64,000 bases of DNA from Balamuthia mandrillaris (Eukaryota). The DNA is taken from assembly GCA_031835245.2 (NCBI GenBank), contig JAVKOQ020000011.1, forward strand, positions 62,001 to 126,000. The letters run 5' to 3'. The translations under genes and the position numbers were made by a program. Positions within the stretch are counted from its first letter, which is position 1. Every line of letters begins with the position of its first letter. Positions 56,111 to 64,000 of this stretch are shown here, in pieces. The notes under the pieces were generated by a model. It searched no databases. It was not told the DNA's origin and was given only the letters and a program-made list of their open reading frames with translations.

Positions 56111-58444
56111 TTAACAGAACAAAGAAGAGACAAGCCGGAAGCCAGAGGAAGCCTCGTCGTTGGGTTCCTCGTTGCGGGAGTCGGAGAAAAGGTCAGAGTC
56201 GTCATAGCCATCAAAGTCCGCTTCTTCCAGGTCCACGACTTTACATTGAGACGCCCCGCAGCCGTTCTCTCTTCTTACAAAGAATGCGGTCGTGTCTTTC
56301 ACCTCCATGATGACCTCCGTGTCCTCCTCGCCTTCCGCCAGTTGATTCCCGTGCATCCTAAACTCTGCCGCCTTCTTTCCTCCATTCTCTTCTCCGCATC
56401 CATCCCTGTACCACACCAACAATTCCAATTCTTCTTCCTCTTCTTCCTCTTCTTCCTCTTCTTCTTCTACTTCTTCTTGAAGCACACGAAGCAGGACGTA
56501 CTGACCTCCATCTCCAACGCTGCGAAAAGCAACAACACCTTCGGGAGCCGTGGAGGCAGGAGCAGCCGACGAGACGAACAGCGTCTGCGAGGCGCATTCC
56601 GTTCGACACACGCCCGCTCCTCCTCTCTCCACTCGCACGAAATAGCTCTCCTCTCCCAACCGCACGCTTGGGCCTTCCAACAACAACTCCCTGCCATCGA
56701 CGACCGCTCCGCCGTCGCCTTCCTCCTCCTCCATGTTGATTCCTCCTTCTCCCGCTTCATCGCCGCATCCTCCTCTGTACCAGCTCCAAGTTGCTCCTTG
56801 GTTGCCGATCTCTCCTCCAACCGCTCTCAGCACCACTTGAGCTCTTTCTTCCTCCTCCTGAGTGCCTTCGTAGTAGTCTGCAAGGCAGACCTTTCGGTAG
56901 GATCCTCCTTGGATGGAGGTGGGAGCTTCCTCGTCCTGCGCCAGGGGGTTCTCTTCGTACATGACGCAAGCGGTGGGTCCACAGCCTTCCTCCCCTCCTT
57001 CCGCTCTCACAAAGTACTTTCCTTCCACTCCTTCCGTCACCAACGTGGTGTCGTTCGCCTCCGAAGAGAGAAGCGGTGTGCCTCCGTTCTCTTCTCCGCA
57101 GCCTCCTTTGTACCACCTCCAAGCGGCATCGCTGCCCAGGCTTCCTCCTTCGACCTCCAAGCGAAGGCCACACCCCTCAAAGCTCCTTCTCACGATACTC
57201 TGAGGCGCTCGCGAGTTGGCCCTAACGTTCAGCTGCGTGGCGGTACAAGCGGTCCTTCCGCACTGTGAGTCCTTTGCACGAACATAAAACTCATCGCCGA
57301 CCTCCAACAGGAAGATGGCGGCATCGCTTCTGCCTCGGACGACGATGGGGCCGCCGCAGCTGCCTTTGCGCCACTCCCACTCGCTGTCGGGGGCTCCCAG
57401 GTGACCGCCCTCCAGCTGGAGAGTTACCTGCTGGCCCTCGCAGGTCTCTCCGGAGAGAAGCGAGATGCTGGTGGGTGGTTGGGAGGTGGAATGCACGCGA
57501 ACGGTTATCGAGTCACAGTCGGATTCTTTGTTGTTATATGTTGGTTGTTTTGTTGTTGGTTCGTGAGAAAGGAGAAAAAAAGCAAAGAAAGAAACGACAA
57601 GAAAGACGAGAAGGAGAAGAAAGAGGGAAAGAAACCTGAAAGAGGACAATCGTTGAGAATTCTAGCCGCGAAGTTGGTGTCCACCAAAACGCCTTGTGGC
57701 ACGTCCAAAACGTCCCCGTAGCCCAACACCTCTCCCTCCACCAAGGACGAGCATTCTCCTCCCTCCGTCGAGGCATCGAACCAAGCCAACGAGAAGTTGG
57801 CAGGAGCGATGGCCGACTGATGGCCGGAAGCCTCCAAAGAGAAGCTCTCTCCTGGACAGACGGTGGCCTCGGCGTTGCCGACCATCGCCAGAGAAACGGG
57901 CGGTTGGTTGTTGCTCACTTCTACTTGTACTGATACACATCCTTTGTATTTTTAAAGTTTTGGTTATTTATATAGGTGAGAAAAGAAAAAAGAAAAAGAA
58001 TAGAACAGAAAAAAAAAAGAATGGAAAATAACTCATGAGAATTTGGTCATTTTTACCTCCATAAGTAAGCTCTCCGTCCAGGTCTCTCTCGCACTGAACC
58101 GACATGAGCTGCGTGCCGACCGGCCTGGCCATCGTGGTTATGATCTCGCTCTCGTTCTCCGCCGCTCTCACGTCCTCGTGCCCGTAGCAAAAGCCATTAT
58201 GGTAGAGTAGCCAGCGAGAGGCCCCCTCTTGCCCTGCGAGCAGATCCCCTCCCACGGGTCGGACGAGGACCTCCAAGTCTTGGCACACGCTGTCCAGGGG
58301 TCCCTGTTCTGCAAAGCTGGCGGTGGCGGTAAAGATTTCCAAGGAAGTGGGGTCTTGGCACGGTTGGCCAGAACCAACAGAGAAAGAAGATAGGAGAAGG
58401 AGGAAGACAAGGAAGAATGTGGAAGAGAGAAGAGACCGATTCAT
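56111..58444 (-). CDS. Secreted protein with tandem Ig-like repeats (GG.LG...W.WY.G.CG...YFVR)
   Basis: Signal peptide MNRSLLSSTFFLVFLLLLSSFSVG. About six related modules, e.g. GGHLGAPDSEWEWRKGSCGG, GGSLGSDAAWRWYKGGCG and GGEIGNQGATWSWYRGGCG. At least two introns. Confidence 0.75.
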
Positions 58445-58889
58445 GAAGAAATAAAGTTGTGAGAGTTGGGTTTCCTTGTTCAGTTCTTTGTTTTGTGAGT
58501 TGTTCTTTTTTGTGCAAAGAAAAATGGTGGATAACGGTCTTGCACAGAAAAAAAAAAGCAGGAAAAATTCAAGACCGTGCTGCCAGGATACTATCTATTA
58601 ATTACAACCTTCATTATCGGAACGTTGTGGCCTGCGATTGGTTTGTGCACGACGCTAGTTTTAAAAAAGCAAAAAATATAAATTGCCTCAAGAGTAAAAT
58701 CACAAAAAAAGCTCGTGCACAGCATTACTGTCGACAACACTCGTCATCTAACATTCTGTCGACATCAACGGTTTTTTGGTTATGGGACGAATACACGTCA
58801 TCTAAGTCGACAATTATTTGCCCCAAAGAAAAAATAGACAAAAAAAGAAAAAAAAAGACAGCAGTGAAGCGTGAAGTGAAGGACTAGCG

Positions 58890-59790
58890 ATGAGAGAGTC
58901 GAAGCAAAGAAGAAGAACCGCCACCACCGCTCCACGCCTCCACCTCCTCGTGGCCCTGGGCGCCTTTGCTCTTCTGCTCCTGGGAGAGCTGCACCTGGCC
59001 TCAGCCGTCAAGAAAGAGGACTTTCGCCAATGCAACCAGGCCAGCTTCTGTCGACGCAACCGTAACCTCGCCCCGTGGGGCAGCTACCGCCTGGACCTTG
59101 AGGACGTGGCCAACGGAGCGCCCGCCCACGGCCACAAGGCCGACGTGCTTCGCTTCCCCGTCCTCAAGACCGAGCCCGACGGGACCACCGCCGCCCTCTC
59201 CTTGGAGCTCAGCGCCTACGACGACGGCCGCATCGCCCGCCTCCGCCTGAACGAGAGGGAGGGCGCCATCCCCGACGGGCGGAAGGGCCGCTACGAGGTG
59301 CAGGACGTACTCCTGGAGGAGGGCCTCCTCCGACAGGCACCTCTGGTCTGGCACGCCGACACTCGCACCGTGGAGCTCGCACGGACCGGCGCCAAGGTGG
59401 TCCTCACCAGCGAGCCCGCTCTGCGCGTGGAGTTTTATGACCCCACGGGAGCGCTCGTGCTCTCGGCCAACGAGCAGCAGCTGCTCAACTTTGAGCAGCG
59501 CAGGGAGAGGCGGCAGCTGCCGCCGGCGGAGGAGGCGGCCGTCGCGGCGGAGGAGCAAGGGGAGCACCTCCTGCACGAGCTGGAGGAGGAGCTGGAGAGA
59601 GAAGGGGAGCTGCCGCTGGACCCTCCTTTGAAGGAGGCCGACTATTATGATGCCGAAGAGGAAGGGCGGGAGAAGGAGGAGGAGAAAGAGAAGGAGAAGG
59701 AGGAGCAGGTGACGCTCGCTGACCCGCATGGAGATGGAGCTTGGGAGGAGCCCTTTAGGTCTCACCACGACTCCAAGCCTTATGGTTCAT

Positions 59791-59830
<40 letters not shown>

Positions 59831-62800
59831 ATTGAAGCAACACACTAACTGTATTGAATAAACAAAAGGTCCTGAGTCGGTTGGTATGGACTTCTCCTTT
59901 GTTGGGGCGCAGCATTTGTACGGCTTGCCAGAGCACGCTTCCAAAATGGCGCTGAAGAACACAAAGTAAACTACCCTCTTCCTCTCACCCTCTTCCTCCT
60001 CCTCTCTCTCTCTCTCTCTCCCTCTTTGTCCTTCAGCATCACTCAAGCTCTGCGCTTTCCCACCAAAGGGACGCCAACGGTAATGTGATATCTGAGCCCT
60101 ACCGGTTGTTCAACTTGGACGTGTTTGAGTACGAACTTGACCTTCCGATGGCTCTCTATGGAGCTGTGCCTTTGGTTATCGCCCATAGCGCCTCGAGGAC
60201 CACCGGCCTCTTTTGGCTGAATGCTGCTGAAACCTTTGTGGATGTTAGCGACAGATCAAACGTAACTGCTTTTTTTCTCTCACTCTTATCAGTGTATTGG
60301 TAACTCATATTGTTTAAAACAAGGGCAAATGGACTCATTGGTTTAGCGAGAGTGGCATCATTGACACGTTTGTGTTGTTTGGCCCGAAGCCCAAGGATGT
60401 GTTGCGGCAATACGCCTATTTGACTGGCACGACTCCCTTGCCTCAGCTCTTTTCAATTGCCTATCACCAATGCCGGTACAATGAAGCTTTAATATTTTTC
60501 TTCTCTCGCCTTATCTTCGACATTTCGTAATGCTTTCTCCCATACAGGTGGAACTACAAAGACGAAGCAGACGTTGCTGCGGTGGATGGTGGCTTTGATG
60601 AGCATGACATTCCCTACGATGTAATCTGGCTGGATATCGAGCACACCAACGGCAAGCGCTACTTCACTTGGGATCCTACTAACTTCCCTACTCCTGAAAA
60701 GATGCAAAAGCAGATTGCAGACAAAGGTTCTTTTTTTTCTTCTTTTTCTTCTTTTGCACATGTTCCATCTTCATTCTTCATTTTTTCTGACAAATACGTT
60801 ATGTTTACAGGGAGAAAGATGGTTACCATCATCGATCCTCACATTAAGTCTGATAACGGTTATCACGTCTTTTCCGAGGCTAAATTTCAAAGTAAGTCTT
60901 TTTCGCCCCTTATCCTCTCATCTGCTTTTCATATACTCTGTCTTCTTAAACTGAATTCTTAGGCTCCTCTTTTCTTTCTTCTTTCTTCTCCTCTGGCAAA
61001 AAAGACTTTTTCGTGAAGGATCGGACTGGAGAGCACGACTTTGAGGGATGGTGTTGGCCTGGTTCCAGCCAGTATCTCGACTTCCTGAACAAGGAAGTGA
61101 GAGATTGGTGGTCCTCCCTCTTTAGCTACGACAAGTACGTCGGCTCCACACCTATTTTGTACACATGGAACGACATGAACGAGGTTCATTTATCTGCTCC
61201 CTGTTCTCTATTCCTCCCTCTCGTAAGTAACTTTCCAAAAAAAAAATCACAACAAAGCCATCCGTGTTCAATGGGCCGGAAGTATCTATGCACCGAGATG
61301 CCCTCCATCATGGTGGTTGGGAACATCGAGACGTGCACAACCTCTACGGCATGTACTTCGTACGTTTATCGCATTGATTACCACTCCATTTTTTTTTCAT
61401 TATAACACGTCATTCGTTCTCTAATAAAACGCAAACAATACATAAAGCACATGGCAACTTTCAACGGCCTCTTACGCCGCAATCAGGACCAAAACGATCG
61501 ACCATTTGTGCTCTCCAGATCCTTCTTTGCCGGCTCTCAAAGGTACGGAGCTATCTGGACGGGCGACAATGCGGCCAAATGGGACCATTTGGAGTATGCC
61601 AACCCTATGTTGATCTCTTTGGGTTTGGGAGGCATCACTTTCTGTGGTGCTGATGTGGGTGGATTCTTTGGCAATGTCGACGCCGAGTTGCTGACAAGGT
61701 GGTATCAGGCCGGCGTGTTCTACCCGTTCTTCAGAGCTCATGGACATTTGGGTACTCCTTTTCTCCTGTTTCTATATTCTTCTGCTTCACCTCTTAAACT
61801 TGTACTGACAAAAATCAAATAGACACAAAGCGAAGAGAGCCATGGCTGTTCGGTGAGCCCTACACTAGCATCATCCGTAACACCATAAGAATGCGCTATG
61901 CTCTCTTGCCTTACTTCTACACCCTCTTCTACGAGACGACACAGAATGGAACCCCCGTCCTTAGGTAATCTCTCTTCTCCTCCTCTCCCTCCCCTCTCGT
62001 TGATTCTTTGTTTTTTAACCCCAATTCTTTTTTGAAAACAGGCCATTGTGGTTGGAATACCCAACTGATACCAACACGTTCGAAATGGACGACCAATTCT
62101 TGGTGGGCAAGGACCTGTTGGTCAAACCTGTGGTAAAACCAGGTCAAACTGTCACCACCGTCTATCTTCCTCAAAGCGATGTACGTCTCGTTCCTGCGTC
62201 TCTTTTTCTTGTCTTTCTTCCTCTTTCTATGATGGCCCGATATTCACTTTTCATCAAACAAATCAGGTTTGGTACGATTATTACACGCACGAGCAACATA
62301 GATCCGCTCATCAGTCCGTGGACACTCCCATCGACAAGATTGCCGTCTTCCAAAGAGGAGGCAGCATCCTGGTGAGGAAGGACCGCCCTCGTCGTTCCTC
62401 CGCTCAAATGAAAGACGACCCCTACACCATTGTCGTCGCTCTTGATGATCAGGTTTCCTTTCTACCTTGTCTTTTTTTGTTCCTTTCTTTTTGTCTTTCT
62501 CATTTCTATCTTTCTTTTTCTTTCTTCCACTCATCTCATCAAAACTATCTCAACAAATAACAGAACAAAGCAAGCGGAGAATTGTACGTGGACGACGGCA
62601 GCAGCTACGACTATCTTCGCGGAGAGTTCCACCGCCGCAAGTTCACGTTCGACCAAACGACGCTGCGCTCCGAGGCGATAACCGACAACAACCTTCCGGA
62701 GAAGGAGCTTACCAACCGCATCGAACGCATCGTCGTCATGGGGTTGAGGAAAACGCCAGAGAGCGTCAAGATTCGTTGCCAAGGAGGAGAAGAAAGGGAT

Positions 62801-62905
62801 GTGGAGTTTGAGTACGATGGCGCCAAGGGAGTGCTCACCGTTCGTAGGCCGGACTGTTTGATGCGAAACGACTGGACGATGAGCATGCAGTTGGGTTGGT
62901 TCTAA
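58890..62905 (+). CDS. GANAB: Glucosidase II alpha subunit (GH31)
   Basis: Signal peptide, then '[14 protein letters not shown]', '[13 protein letters not shown]', '[16 protein letters not shown]', 'GWCWPGSS', the nucleophile motif 'WNDMNE|PSVF', 'WTGDN' and 'GADVGGFF'. Confidence 0.96.
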
Positions 62906-63254
62906 AGGAAAGCACAAAAAAAAAACCAGAAAACAAAGAAAGAGAGATGTTGAAAACACAAAAGACACTTGGTTTTATTTTTATTTTAAGTTATATAAAA
63001 TTATGTAAACGCTCTTTTGGGTTTCCTTCCCAAACAATAACCACATCTCTCTCCTCTCTTCTCTCTTCTCTCTCTTCTCTCTCTCCTCTCTTCTCTCTTC
63101 TCTCTCTTCTCTCTTCTCTCTTCTCTTCTCCTAATTTGTGTCGACTACATATTAATTTCGAAAATTCCAAGAAAAAATTGCAAAAAATGGATAAATCGTA
63201 AATGCAGCCATACCACGAAAAAAATAAAATAAAATAAAATAAAAATAAAAAAAA

Positions 63255-63603
63255 ATGAAGAAAGAAGAGTTTGACGAAGCAGAAGAAGAAGCTGAAGTTG
63301 AACGAGAGGAAGAAGAACAAGAAGAAGGAGGAGATGAAGAACAAGAAGAGGTGCACCCACAAAATTCCTTCCGGCTGGCAGCCGACAAAGTTCTCAATTG
63401 GGAGATCAAGCTGCTGGAGTGGTGCCCCAGGATGGACCTGCTGGCTTTGGTCACCGTGGAGGACCAGCTCCTGGTGCATAGGCTCTCCTGGCAGCGTCTT
63501 TTTGCCATTCCGAGCGACAAACGCGTTGTTACCGCTTTGACCTGGCGTCCTGATGGTTGTTTTTTTTTGTCCTTCGTTTCTTCTTCTTCGTCGCTTCTTA
63601 TCG

Positions 63604-63652
<49 letters not shown>

Positions 63653-64000
63653 GTTTCTTTTCGTTTCTTTCTTTCTTTTCATCTTAGCTCTTTCTCTTTG
63701 TCTTCTCACTTCTTCTCATTTTTTTTTTTGTAGGAAAGGTAATCGCGGTGGGCTATCAAGACGGCACCATCACCCTCTTTGACATCGAGTCCAGCGAGGC
63801 TTTCTTCACGTCTCACTTTCACAGCTCCGCTATCACCGCTCTCTCTTGGACGCACTACCATCAACGACAACCCGCTTCTTCTTCGTTCTCAGCCTCTTCT
63901 CCGTTTTCTTCTTCTGATTATGCAGAATTGAAGTCCTCGTTTTTGGACTATAGACGAGACAGAGAGCAAATGTTTTTGTTGCCGTTGGCCCCTTCTCCTC
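63255..64000 (+). CDS. ANAPC4: Anaphase-promoting complex subunit 4, 5' part (truncated by window end)
   Basis: 'WCPRMDLLAL...LVHRLSWQRL...VTALTWRPD|GKVIAVGYQDGTITLFDIE' matches the APC4 WD40 signature. Confidence 0.9.

Overview
Gene-dense, intron-rich eukaryotic DNA, not prokaryotic. Introns are mostly 60-150 nt GT-AG and often carry CT/CTT microsatellites. Gene content and a DUSE-like snRNA promoter suggest an amoebozoan protist (inference). About 26 protein genes can be assembled by hand: a MED24/Med5-like protein, a giant vinculin-like protein, EIPR1, a myotubularin, an RS-type SR protein, GDP-mannose 4,6-dehydratase followed directly by GDP-fucose synthase, EB1, ribokinase, NAT10, a UBA6-like E1, an ependymin-like secreted protein, a NudC/CS protein, a secreted patatin, a BTB protein, an orphan type-I membrane protein, an orphan 7TM protein, uL22m, an ALDH8A1-like dehydrogenase, a cupin, a secreted Ig-like repeat protein, glucosidase II alpha, the 5' end of APC4 and a few small hypothetical proteins. 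A U1 snRNA gene lies on the minus strand. The most notable items are the two-gene GDP-fucose pathway cluster (two consecutive GC-AG introns in the synthase), the vinculin with about 14-15 helical-bundle repeats, a UBA6-like E1 with a candidate non-AUG N-terminal extension, a U1 with a divergent stem-loop I loop, a recurrent GTCGACA promoter motif and two candidate bacterial-origin genes. Coordinates of multi-exon genes are gene spans, and all family calls rest on recalled motifs, not database searches.
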